Origin: Atribacterota bacterium
GTDB lineage: Bacteria > Atribacterota > Phoenicimicrobiia > Phoenicimicrobiales > Phoenicimicrobiaceae
DNA length: 18,246 nt
Direction of reading: 5' to 3'
Assembly: GCA_038203565.1 (NCBI GenBank)
Contig: JBBRDV010000024.1
Coordinates: 1-18,246 of the forward strand
How positions within the stretch are numbered: position 1 is the first letter of the stretch; every line of letters begins with the position of its first letter. A model generated the notes under the pieces. The model saw only the letters and a list, made by a program, of their open reading frames with translations. It had not been told where the DNA came from and made no database searches. Positions 8,191 through 17,166 of the stretch are shown in pieces. Made by a program: the position numbers and the translations under genes.

Positions 8191-8961
8191 TTAATGATTA
8201 AAATCCAATTCAATACCAATGGGACAATGGTCAGAACCCAAAATCTCTGATTCAATAAAAGCAGATTTTAAATGTTCTTCCAGGTTAGTACTGATGAAGA
8301 AATAATCAATTCTCCATCCAACATTCCGTTCTCTGGCTTTTGTCTTATAATCCCACCAGCTGTAATGGCCACCTTCGGAATGGGTTTTTCTGAATGTATC
8401 TATAAATCCCAATTCCATTAATCGATCGACCCATGCACGTTCCTCAGGTAAAAAGCCGGAAATTTTCTCATTTTCTTTGGGTCGGGCCAGGTCAATTTCG
8501 CGATGAGCCGTGTTGACATCACCACAGATAACAATCTTCTTCCCTTCTTTTAACAAATCACCCATTTTTTTTAGAATGGTCTCGCAAAAATCCAACTTGA
8601 ATTGTAACCTCTCTTTGGAAGCTTTACCGTTAGGAAAATAAATATTAAATAAAGTAAATTCAGAATAATCTGCTTGAATCAATCGACCTTCAAGGTCAAA
8701 TCTAGGAATGTTTAATTGATAGGATGTACTTTCCGGTCTTTTTCTGGTCCAGAGAGCCACTCCGCTATATCCTTTTTTCTCTGCCTGGGTAAAATAGCTC
8801 GAATATCCCTTTCTTTCTATGAGACCATCCGGTAATTGTCCGCGATGCGCTTTTGTTTCCTGAATACAAAAAATATCTGCATTTTTTTCTATAAACCATT
8901 CTAAAAAGTTTTTCTTGTAAATGGCTCGAAGACCATTCACGTTCCAGGAAAATAACTTCAT
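8191..8961 (-). CDS. xth: Exodeoxyribonuclease III (AP endonuclease)
   Basis: SWNVNGLRA, IQETK, GYSGVA, YFPNG, CGDVNTAH, GWRIDYF, GSDHCP. Confidence 0.96.
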   Translation of the reverse strand: MKLFSWNVNGLRAIYKKNFLEWFIEKNADIFCIQETKAHRGQLPDGLIERKGYSSYFTQAEKKGYSGVALWTRKRPESTSYQLNIPRFDLEGRLIQADYSEFTLFNIYFPNGKASKERLQFKLDFCETILKKMGDLLKEGKKIVICGDVNTAHREIDLARPKENEKISGFLPEERAWVDRLMELGFIDTFRKTHSEGGHYSWWDYKTKARERNVGWRIDYFFISTNLEEHLKSAFIESEILGSDHCPIGIELDFNH

Positions 8962-9014
8962 TTTACATCTACCTTTCTTTCTAAAAAAATATCTTTTTAA
9001 TGTCGAAATTCCTC

Positions 9015-10463
9015 TTACACTGCCACAAAAGTCCCCTTAAGCTCTGCATAAAGGGGGTGATGCCTGACCAGATATGCCCGCAAGGTATCTATGACACGCT
9101 CCGACCTGTTTTCACGATGGCGGCCATATTTTGGAGGGACCCCTTGCATGGTGACGAAGGCCGCAGTATAGTACCGGTAGGGTTGCACCTCTTTATTGCC
9201 TATGAATAATTTTTGAATACGATTCCCTGAGGAGTTCTCTATCTTAAAGTAGACATTAAGACCGAGACATCGCTTGACATATCCTCCCATTTGTTTATAT
9301 GGATCGCATGAAAATGTCCTTTCGAGATTCTCTTCCAGCATCTCCTTAATTTCCTCTCCTATCAACTCTATGGTTGAGACAGGCGGATTCATAGGAATAA
9401 TGTTGTAAAGGTCATTTAAGGTTATTTTCCCTGGTACTATCGGTGCACCGTAACGCCAGCCATTGGAAAATGCCAACTGCGCACCGGTGCTTTCGATTAA
9501 AGCCTGAAGGAGAAAATTATCCATGGTGGCCTCCAGGATTGTTCCCCGGTTGAGAGCAGTGGCAGTTTCACCGACAACCTCTGCGAGTTCATGCTTATAG
9601 GTGGCAAGCGCCTGTCTTATCAGTTCATCTACACCAGGGTCAGGCTGTATTGATGCTTCGACCTCAATTAACCGATGCCGGTAATCGACGATTTGTCCAC
9701 CATCCACTTCAAGATCCAGGCAACCCAAAAAAGAACCATGACAGCCTGACTGTATCACAATCGTTTTCCCATTGAGAACCGGTTTACAAAGACGGTTATG
9801 GGTGTGGCCACTGAGACAAATATCTATACCATCTACCTCGGACAAAAGCTTCATCTCCTGGGGAAACCCGAGGTGCGAGACCAACACGATTAAGTCCACC
9901 ATTTCCTTATTGCGCAACCTATCGACAATTTGCGGAAGTTCATCCCTACCCAGGGTAAAGAAAATACCTTCGCTGAAAGAAGGTGGCATGGTCTTATCCA
10001 CAATATTTGAGGCTATCCCCACCAGGCCGATCTTTAATCCACCAACCTCTTTTACAGTATATGGCCGATAGACCGGCTTTTTTGTCTCTTTATCATAGAT
10101 ATTATTGGCCAGCATTGGATAATTAAGTTCGGCAACCCGCTGGTTAAATACCTTTGGACCATAAGCAAATTCCCAGTGTGCGGTCATGGCATCAAGCCCT
10201 AACGAATTCAAGATTGGGATTAAAGCCTGCCCTTGAGTATCCAAGGCAGGATAGGTACCGTGCAAGGTATCACCACAGTCACAAAAGAGAACGTTCCCCG
10301 GGTTCTCAGCCCGAATCTGTTTTACGATGGTGGCGATGCGTGCATAACCTCCCGCAGGGCGGTATACAGCATGGTCATCCTGCCAAAACATTTCCTGGTG
10401 CAAATCAAAATAAGCATGGCTGTCGTTCATTTGAACGATTGAAAATTTCTTCCTGTTCTTCAT
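9015..10463 (-). CDS. Cytoplasmic metallophosphatase of the 5'-nucleotidase/SoxB family
   Basis: NDSH, DCGDTLHG, HWEF, SHLG, SGHTH metal ligands and C-terminal 5'-nucleotidase domain (FSNGWRYG). The ATG at 10463 has SD AAGGAGG, giving 482 aa with no signal peptide. Confidence 0.88.
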   Translation of the reverse strand: MKNRKKFSIVQMNDSHAYFDLHQEMFWQDDHAVYRPAGGYARIATIVKQIRAENPGNVLFCDCGDTLHGTYPALDTQGQALIPILNSLGLDAMTAHWEFAYGPKVFNQRVAELNYPMLANNIYDKETKKPVYRPYTVKEVGGLKIGLVGIASNIVDKTMPPSFSEGIFFTLGRDELPQIVDRLRNKEMVDLIVLVSHLGFPQEMKLLSEVDGIDICLSGHTHNRLCKPVLNGKTIVIQSGCHGSFLGCLDLEVDGGQIVDYRHRLIEVEASIQPDPGVDELIRQALATYKHELAEVVGETATALNRGTILEATMDNFLLQALIESTGAQLAFSNGWRYGAPIVPGKITLNDLYNIIPMNPPVSTIELIGEEIKEMLEENLERTFSCDPYKQMGGYVKRCLGLNVYFKIENSSGNRIQKLFIGNKEVQPYRYYTAAFVTMQGVPPKYGRHRENRSERVIDTLRAYLVRHHPLYAELKGTFVAV

Positions 10464-10590
10464 TTTCTCCTCCTTCCTTTTATCTCTCAACTTTCTTATA
10501 CCTGATAAATGCAAACACACGCATCGGAATACTAAAATTAGCGCTTATTTATCCCTTCATAAATATGATAATAAATAAAATGAACTAATA

Positions 10591-10660
10591 TTTCAAATTT
10601 TTCTACATTTAATATTAATACAATAAAAGATTTATAAAATCCTTCTTTTTTTAAAAGAAT
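10591..10660 (-). repeat. Intergenic repeat copy 8 (promoter core)
   Basis: aatttttctacatttaatattaatacaataaaagatttataaaatccttctttttttaaaa. AGGA-N18-GTAT at 10643..10618. Confidence 0.9.
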
Positions 10661-10757
10661 AATTAGGAGGTAAGACAGAAACTCTTATGTTTAATGCGTT
10701 TAAAAGTCTTTTAAAAATAAATGTCTGTCTTTATTTATTTTCTGTCATATTATATTA

Positions 10758-11780
10758 TTAAGGTAAATCAAATTCTCTTCCTATTGCCTGAATTATAGGT
10801 TTTAATTCTTTCACCAATTTACTAAAAGTGTCAAATTTTAAAGTTTGAACTCCATCGCTCAGCGAGCTTTTAGGTTCAGGATGAACTTCAATAATAAGCC
10901 CGTCTGCTCCGGCGGCTATCGCTGCCTTTGCCATCGGACTTACCAATTTCCATCTGCCCGTACCATGGCAGGGATCTACTATAACCGGCAAGTGGCTTAA
11001 TTGCTTTAAAGCAGGAACAGCACTTAAATCCAATGTATTTCGGGTATAATTTTCAAAAGTACGAATTCCTCTTTCACACAAGATTACTTTAGGATTCCCC
11101 TGGCTTAAAATATATTCTGCCGATAATAATAATTCTTCCATAAAAGCTGACATGCCTCTTTTAAGCAATATTGGTTTTTTAGTCTTGCCTAATTCTGTCA
11201 ATAACACGAAATTTTGCATATTACGAGCTCCCACTTGAAATATATCGGTATATTCGGCTACCAAATCTATCTGATTAACTGACATCACCTCAGTTACAAT
11301 TAACAAACCGTTCTCTTTCCCTGCTTCTGCCAATAATTTTAAACCTTTTTCACCTAATCCCTGAAAACTGTAAGGAGAAGTTCGAGGTTTAAAGGCTCCT
11401 CCCCGTAAGACCTTCGCTCCCAAAGCTCTCACTTGACGAGCTGTTTTAAATATCTGTTGCTCATTTTCTACTACACAGGGTCCGGCCATTAATATTACTT
11501 CTTTTCCTCCAATGGTTACTTCTTTTACTTTAATAGTTGTATCAGTATTTTTGAATTCTCTGCTGGCTAACTTGTAAGGTTTCATGATACGAATGACCTC
11601 TTCTACTCCCTTGAAGGCATAAAAAGGTACAGAAACTAAATTTTCTACATCCCCGATGACTCCTACAACTATTCGCTTTTCTCCTCGAATAATATTTACC
11701 TCATGCCCCATTTCATTCAATTTATTAACTAAGTTGTCTAAATCAGAATCATTGCTTTTACCATTCATTACAATAATCAT
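10758..11780 (-). CDS. aroF: DAHP synthase, type I-beta with N-terminal ACT-like regulatory domain
   Basis: AGPC, RGGAFKPRTSPYSFQG, GARNMQNF, LLKRG, CERGIRTF. The N-terminal MIIVM... extension resembles the Thermotoga-type enzyme. Confidence 0.95.
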   Translation of the reverse strand: MIIVMNGKSNDSDLDNLVNKLNEMGHEVNIIRGEKRIVVGVIGDVENLVSVPFYAFKGVEEVIRIMKPYKLASREFKNTDTTIKVKEVTIGGKEVILMAGPCVVENEQQIFKTARQVRALGAKVLRGGAFKPRTSPYSFQGLGEKGLKLLAEAGKENGLLIVTEVMSVNQIDLVAEYTDIFQVGARNMQNFVLLTELGKTKKPILLKRGMSAFMEELLLSAEYILSQGNPKVILCERGIRTFENYTRNTLDLSAVPALKQLSHLPVIVDPCHGTGRWKLVSPMAKAAIAAGADGLIIEVHPEPKSSLSDGVQTLKFDTFSKLVKELKPIIQAIGREFDLP

Positions 11781-11980
11781 TTTAATTTACCCTCCTTCTA
11801 GTTTTATTTTATTTATATAAATTCATTTTAAAATTTATAACTTTTCAATTAACCCTATCTTATTTCCTTTTGGATTTCAGAGTTATCGAACTGAATTAAT
11901 ATTTGAATACTTCCGGAAAATCTATCTCTATGTCGGGGAACAATTTTAAAGAATAATTTTCGCGCAAAGTTGTTCATATA

Positions 11981-12023
11981 AAATAATGAAGGTCATAGGA
12001 ATAAAAAACCTATGACCTTCATT
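11981..12023 (-). terminator. Intrinsic terminator of the aroF leader (attenuator)
   Basis: Perfect 15-bp stem aatgaaggtcatagg (11985-11999)/cctatgaccttcatt (12009-12023), followed on the minus strand by AUUUUAU. Confidence 0.8.
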
Positions 12024-12105
12024 TCATATATCAATATGATAAAATATAAAGATAGCATAGGTGTAAAACCGATGTTTATGCCTATGATATCTTGTTTTTA
12101 AACCG

Positions 12106-12198
12106 CTAAGATGCTAAGGCATAAACATCGGTGGTAAAGTAGAAGAAAAAACAATTAAAGGAATTTACTATTTTAGAAAATACTCTTTTTGAAACCAC
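12106..12198 (-). CDS. Phe/Tyr-rich leader peptide, 30 aa: MVSKRVFSKIVNSFNCFFFYFTTDVYALAS
   Basis: SD AAGGAG 8 nt before GTG; 6 Phe and 2 Tyr codons including FFFYF. Lies between a promoter and a terminator upstream of aroF. Confidence 0.8.
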   Translation of the reverse strand: MVSKRVFSKIVNSFNCFFFYFTTDVYALAS

Positions 12199-12225
12199 CT
12201 TGTTTACTCCTTAACATTTTTTAAA

Positions 12226-12254
12226 ATATTAGCAGGCCCTTCCGCTTTTGTCAA
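12226..12254 (-). promoter_or_regulatory. Sigma70/SigA-type promoter of the aroF leader
   Basis: TTGACA (12254-12249), 17 nt, TAATAT (12231-12226) with an extended -10 TGn. Confidence 0.85.
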
Positions 12255-12488
12255 ATATAATTTGCATCATGTCAATATGTACTTGTCGCCATTGTATGAG
12301 TTTTTTAATGTTTATATTATTTTTAAGTTATTATATTTTATATAATTCCATACGGTTTATATCTTTTCTAAACAATCTAAAGAAGCCCACCCTTTTGTAT
12401 TTGGGGTTTCCTTCTTAAAGCCCCATATTCAACCATATAACCTTTCCCTTTCCCCCTTATCAAGATTTGACACTATGTCTTTTTACTC

Positions 12489-12763
12489 TTATTTTTTGAT
12501 TTCTTCTTCTACTTCTTTGGCCCCTTCTTCGTAAAATTTTTCTTCATCTGGTGCAAGTTCTTTTAAAAGCCTAAGAAATTCTCCGGCATGAACACGCTCT
12601 TCATCTGCAATATCTTTTAGTACATCCTGTGCTAATTGGTTATCGGTTGATTCGGCAAGCTACATATAGAGCTGGATGGCTTCGTATTCTGCTGCAATCA
12701 TAAATCTTATGGCACGAATCAATTCTTCATTTGTAAGATTATAGTCTTTTTTAAGTCCGGAAA
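12489..12763 (-). pseudogene. Broken paralogue of the ferritin-like gene at 4331-4642
   Basis: Translates SGLKKDYNLTNEELIRAIRFMIAAEYEAIQLYM*LAESTDNQLAQDVLKDIADEERVHAGEFLRLLKELAPDEEKFYEEGAKEVEEEIKK*. In-frame TAG at 12660-12662; the first ~8 codons and SD are missing. Confidence 0.92.
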
Positions 12764-12773
12764 TAAGAGGGCT

Positions 12774-12899
12774 ATGATATTTGACAGATCCGGCGGACCG
12801 GTCTGGATGTTTGTTGAACCGCTTTTAGGCGATTACAGCATCGAAGATGTCGTTATCGAGGCTTTGGGAGTTGAGAACTATTTAACAAAGAGCGAGTAA
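12774..12899 (+). other. 41-codon GC-richer ORF, probably the 3' fragment of an unrelated gene
   Basis: MIFDRSGGPVWMFVEPLLGDYSIEDVVIEALGVENYLTKSE*. Abuts the point where ferritin homology ends. Family not recognised. Confidence 0.4.
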
Positions 12900-12986
12900 A
12901 AAATTCTAATAACTAAGACTCTTCTTTCTCCTTTTCTAAGAATAATTATCGAATTATTAGCGATTGCAATTATCTCTGGGGCAAAC

Positions 12987-13331
12987 TTAAATGCTTATTA
13001 ATTTTTCTCCATTTTGGATAATATCCGTTAAGGGCTGACCCCAATACTTTACCTCGATTCCAAGTTTTTCCAAAATATCAACGGCACCTAATTGTTCAGC
13101 ACATGCTTTGCAGGCAGAAAATTCTACTCCCTCCCTGATTAAATCTTTAATTTTATCCTGTATCTGTTTGCTTTCGGTAATTAACTTGGTAGAACCTCCC
13201 CATACTATAATCATGACCTCATCCCACCATTTTTTTAGTTTACCATTAAGAGCATACATGAAAACCATCTTTTCAGCAGTCACCGGATCTTGATTGCTCC
13301 ATAAAATATAAAGTCTCTTTCTATTATTCAT
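12987..13331 (-). CDS. DsrE family protein
   Basis: LYILWSN.D..TAEKMVFMYA.N....WWDEV.IIVWG, ACKACA motif. Confidence 0.85.
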   Translation of the reverse strand: MNNRKRLYILWSNQDPVTAEKMVFMYALNGKLKKWWDEVMIIVWGGSTKLITESKQIQDKIKDLIREGVEFSACKACAEQLGAVDILEKLGIEVKYWGQPLTDIIQNGEKLISI

Positions 13332-13479
13332 TATACTATCTCCCTATAAAAATGAAATTTTAATCTTTCTAGATCCATTTTAATAAAACTAATTATCTCC
13401 AATAAAACCAAGAGTTTCACAGTTAAATGTCTGGAAAAAACCAATCAAAAAAGATAATATACCAGTAATGATCTTAAAA

Positions 13480-14760
13480 TCATTTTATTTTACTCAAGAG
13501 CTTGTCAAGATAAATTGATTTCATTTGTTTGCTGGCCATCATTTTTTTTAGAGGGGGCAACTTTAAAATAACCGAAAGGACAGCTGCCATTGCCCTGTGA
13601 CTGGCAAAAGCCTGATTATCAAATATCAATTCCTGCAGTTTCCCTTTTTCTATTGCCATTAAGACAATCCGGTGTACTGAATTAACCGGAGTGATAATTT
13701 GTTCCTCTCGCTTTTCAAGTACGATGCTGTTATTGGGACACCTTCTAACACAGACCCCGCATCCCAGACATATTTCTTTGTTTATCTTCACCTTCTTTCC
13801 TGAATTATCATCGGTTTCTTTATTATTCGAAACCCACTCTATGGCTTCGATAGGACAGGCTTTGATGCATTTTCCACACCTTGTGCACTTTTCTTCGTCA
13901 ATCTTGGGAATATATGAGGTGGTTTGAACTGGATGGAGCATTCCGAATTTTTTTGCTGCAACCATGGCTTCACAGCAGCAACCACAGCAATTACATATAA
14001 AACTTACCTTGTTCCTGACATTTTCCCCGCATTGAACAAGATTATATTCACAAGCTTTATGTAACAGCTCCATACATTCTGAGGCTTCTACTCTTCGGGC
14101 ATAATTGTATCTTATCAAAGATTTAGCCACATTGTTGAAAGACATGCAAATATCCATGGGAGCATCACATGCCTTCCCCAAATGCTCCATTTTATGCCGG
14201 CAATAACACATACTGATTCCAATAGATGATGCGGTTTCTATGATATAACTTGCCTTTTCATAATTCAGGATGGAAACAAGGTTGTCCTTGGATAGAACTT
14301 CCTCCTGTACGAAAATTCTTCCCAGCCTTGTCTCGCTTCCCAAAAACAAATCCTTGATAAAATCTTCCTCAGTGTTGAGATACTGGTAAAAGAGTTCCGA
14401 AAGCAGCTTTTGATCTAAGTCGTTTCTGGTTCTCATCATCGAGAATTCGAAAAATCCTGCCATAGGGGGTGGAAGAACATATTTTTTAATTCCGTTATGG
14501 TTAGAATCCAAGAGAATTGCTCTGCTTGCCAATTCATCTAATAATTTTTCGGTATTGACTGTATCTAATTTCCATATTCGGCTGGCTGTTTTAATAGTGA
14601 AAGGTTTTATAGGAAGTTGGGAAACCAGTTCAGCTTCCTTTTCATTAAAAAGGAGACTCAATATCTTGTACAGTGTCTCGGAAGGAGGAGCTCCCTGGGG
14701 AAATTTATTTAGCCTTTCCTCCAATTTTTTATAAGCGGATTTCGCAGCTAGATGTGACAT
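13480..14760 (-). CDS. 4Fe-4S dicluster domain-containing protein
   Basis: CTRCGKCIKACP and CLGCGVCVRRCP, plus CYCR..C..C and CNCCGCCC clusters. Confidence 0.9.
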   Translation of the reverse strand: MSHLAAKSAYKKLEERLNKFPQGAPPSETLYKILSLLFNEKEAELVSQLPIKPFTIKTASRIWKLDTVNTEKLLDELASRAILLDSNHNGIKKYVLPPPMAGFFEFSMMRTRNDLDQKLLSELFYQYLNTEEDFIKDLFLGSETRLGRIFVQEEVLSKDNLVSILNYEKASYIIETASSIGISMCYCRHKMEHLGKACDAPMDICMSFNNVAKSLIRYNYARRVEASECMELLHKACEYNLVQCGENVRNKVSFICNCCGCCCEAMVAAKKFGMLHPVQTTSYIPKIDEEKCTRCGKCIKACPIEAIEWVSNNKETDDNSGKKVKINKEICLGCGVCVRRCPNNSIVLEKREEQIITPVNSVHRIVLMAIEKGKLQELIFDNQAFASHRAMAAVLSVILKLPPLKKMMASKQMKSIYLDKLLSKIK

Positions 14761-14896
14761 AACTTACACCTGCCTAAACATTTTCTTTATCTTCTATTAT
14801 AAACCTTTTATTCCAAGAAGAGGAAATTTAATCCCTATTATCATTGAAATAAAAGATTCGATGGATAATGTTCGCTTACCCAATAGTGACATTATC

Positions 14897-15604
14897 CTAT
14901 CGCTCCATCGCTTCCTGTCTCAAGGATTGTGGCATTTTTTCAATGGCATATCTAAGAGCAGTACGCGGCATATTCTCTTTATTCTTCACCACATAATCAA
15001 AAACCTCTTTTTGATGCGCTTGACTTGTAACTTTAAGCAACCAGCCATAGCCCTTTTGAACCATATCGTCTTGATCTAAAAGTAATCGGCCGCAAATCTC
15101 AAAAACGTCATCCATAAAATAACCCTTTTTGGCAGGAACAATAAGGGAAACGGCTGCTGCTCTTCTAAGCCAGCGATTTTTTGATTGGGTCCATTCTTTC
15201 AATTCATTAATAAATTCGGGATATTTCATGAGAAAATCTCCCACAGTATGATTACAAAATGTGTCACACTTTGCCCAAGTATTCACATATTTTTCTATCC
15301 AGCTTTTAAATACAATCCAATCATCCGGTTCAAATTCATCGGCAATTTTGGGGAGCCAAAAACTAGCAATAAAAGCTTCCTCACCATAATCTGAGGAAAA
15401 AAGTAATTCACATAAATCAAAAATATCCGGCTTTTCAAGTGTGTTTATTTCTTTCCAAAATTTTTTAGCAATTTCCCTGACTACAGTGGTTTTTACACCA
15501 TAAAACTTTACTTCTTCTTTGAAAAAATGCTGAAAGTTTTTTTGAATCTTATCATCAATGTTCTCTTTCAATGTCTTTCTAATTTTTTGAATAATTGGAT
15601 TCAT
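14897..15604 (-). CDS. DNA alkylation repair protein (AlkD-like HEAT-repeat glycosylase family)
   Basis: FYGVKT, W..CD, W.RRAA, DDMVQKGYGWLLK, MPRTALRYAIEK. Confidence 0.9.
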   Translation of the reverse strand: MNPIIQKIRKTLKENIDDKIQKNFQHFFKEEVKFYGVKTTVVREIAKKFWKEINTLEKPDIFDLCELLFSSDYGEEAFIASFWLPKIADEFEPDDWIVFKSWIEKYVNTWAKCDTFCNHTVGDFLMKYPEFINELKEWTQSKNRWLRRAAAVSLIVPAKKGYFMDDVFEICGRLLLDQDDMVQKGYGWLLKVTSQAHQKEVFDYVVKNKENMPRTALRYAIEKMPQSLRQEAMER

Positions 15605-15619
15605 TTTATTCTTTTCTTT

Positions 15620-17032
15620 TTACCATTTTCGGTAAAAAAATCTGCATAATCTTTGAACCAAAGAATTTTTCATCTTTTCCATCATCCATTTTTCTGCAAC
15701 ACGCTTAGTCAAAAAACCCATGGTGGGGAATGAGTGTGCCAAAAACATTACACTAAGCAATCTAATTTTTTTCTGAATGATTAATGCCCATTCATTAATC
15801 ATTTCTCCTGAGCCATCACCTACAATGCTTACACCAAAAACTCTACCTAAAGAATTTGCAAACACCTTAACATAACCAACGCTTACATTTTCTGCGATGG
15901 CAGCACCATAATTTTCATATTTTGTAATATATACTTTATACTTAATTCCTTTTTTCTTCAACTCCTCTTCACTCATACCGACGAATGAAACTTGCGGCTC
16001 GGTAAAAACAGTCCAGGGAATCACATAATTTCTATATTTGAAGATTGAAAAAGGACTTACGGCATTCATAATGGCAAACATCCCCTGATGCATGGCAGCA
16101 TGGGAAAACATCATCCCTCCATTACAATCCCCTACAGCATAAATATGCTTAATTGATGTTCTGTATTCGGAATCAACCTCAATTCCGCCTCTGCCATATT
16201 TAACTCCTGCGTTATCAAGTTTTAAAGCATCAAGAACGATTTTCCTTCCAGCGGCTACAAGCAATTTTTCTGATTTAAGGCAAATTCCGTCTTCCGTAAA
16301 TAAAGATACTTTCTTATCCTCATACTTCGCGCTGATTATTTTTTTTGAATTATAAACTTCGATATTCTCTTTTTTAAAAATCTCTTCAATTAAATCCCCT
16401 GTCTCTTTATCTCCATTTGGGATAAGAAAATCGTCCATCTGTACAATAATACACTTCGTGCCAAGTCGGGTAAATGCCTGTGCCATTTCACAACCAATGG
16501 CACCTCCACCAATTATCGTCATGCTCTCTGGGATTTTAGACAACTTGAAAATATTTTGATTGGTCAAAATATCTATGTCTGAAATTCCGTTAATCGGTGG
16601 GACCAGAGGTTCAGTCCCGATTGCAATAAATATTCTTTGAGCAGTAATGTTTCTATTACCAACGCTGATTGTATGCGAATCGATAAAGCTTGCCTCTCCC
16701 TCACCCAAAATAAGTTCTACTTTGTCAAACATCTTTAATGTTTTTTCCTTAGAGATGTAATCTAAATATTGATTTATTTTTGTGAAAGGACTTTTAATGT
16801 TCGGCATGATTCCTTCTGATAAATCCATTTCTTTTAATTTTAAGAATGAGTGCCTGTAATTAGCTATCTTAAGAAGAGACTTGCTGGGAATACAACCTAC
16901 ATTCATGCATTCTCCACCAATTTTATTCTTTTCAATGCCGCAAACCTTTAAACCCATTTCCGCCCCCATGGCAGAAACAGCCATTCCGGCGGGACCTAAC
17001 CCAATACAAATTAAATCAAAATCATATTTCAT
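15620..17032 (-). CDS. Class-I pyridine nucleotide-disulfide oxidoreductase (LpdA/MerA-like family)
   Basis: GLGPAG FAD motif, GGECMNVGCIPSK redox disulfide, GGGAIGCE, TS...IYAVGD, dimerisation domain. Confidence 0.92.
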   Translation of the reverse strand: MKYDFDLICIGLGPAGMAVSAMGAEMGLKVCGIEKNKIGGECMNVGCIPSKSLLKIANYRHSFLKLKEMDLSEGIMPNIKSPFTKINQYLDYISKEKTLKMFDKVELILGEGEASFIDSHTISVGNRNITAQRIFIAIGTEPLVPPINGISDIDILTNQNIFKLSKIPESMTIIGGGAIGCEMAQAFTRLGTKCIIVQMDDFLIPNGDKETGDLIEEIFKKENIEVYNSKKIISAKYEDKKVSLFTEDGICLKSEKLLVAAGRKIVLDALKLDNAGVKYGRGGIEVDSEYRTSIKHIYAVGDCNGGMMFSHAAMHQGMFAIMNAVSPFSIFKYRNYVIPWTVFTEPQVSFVGMSEEELKKKGIKYKVYITKYENYGAAIAENVSVGYVKVFANSLGRVFGVSIVGDGSGEMINEWALIIQKKIRLLSVMFLAHSFPTMGFLTKRVAEKWMMEKMKNSLVQRLCRFFYRKW

Positions 17033-17046
17033 ATCATTTTCTCCTT

Positions 17047-17088
17047 ATTGCGTTTTATTAAACAATTGATTGTACTAAATAACGCAAT
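17047..17088. promoter_or_regulatory. 42-bp symmetric palindrome directly upstream of the oxidoreductase SD
   Basis: attgcgtt-N7-acaat-tg-attgt-N7-aacgcaat. Confidence 0.5.
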
Positions 17089-17166
17089 TATATAAACATC
17101 GTATTGATGGTTCAATTATGCAGGTTACATCTTTATTTTATATTTTTTTATCTGGCTATTAACTTA

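Noticed and set aside
10674..10746. gacagaaa/tttctgtc inverted repeat downstream of aroF as a terminator
   Set aside because: Short AT-rich arms with a long loop and no clear U-tract; too weak to call.
11855..11977. 40-codon minus-strand ORF between the attenuator and aroF
   Set aside because: No SD and no recognisable motif; probably chance.
11981..12254. T-box riboswitch upstream of aroF
   Set aside because: No AAGGTGGTACC/GGTGGNACCGCG T-box sequence next to the terminator. The AAGGTGGTTTC near 12200 overlaps the leader start far upstream, and the leader-peptide model fits better.
12660..12662. In-frame TAG as pyrrolysine or stop-codon read-through
   Set aside because: It is a single C-to-T change from CAG in a copy that also lacks its start and SD. 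TAG ends other ORFs here, and no pyl genes are seen.
15620..17032. merA or lpdA gene symbol
   Set aside because: The diagnostic C-terminal motifs of both are absent, and there are no mer or 2-oxoacid dehydrogenase neighbours.
1293..17069. Plus-strand ORFs at 1293, 6062, 6858, 9000, 9772, 10154, 10233, 13108, 13691, 14861, 15185 and 16881
   Set aside because: They are antisense shadows of well-supported minus-strand genes and show no recognisable motifs.
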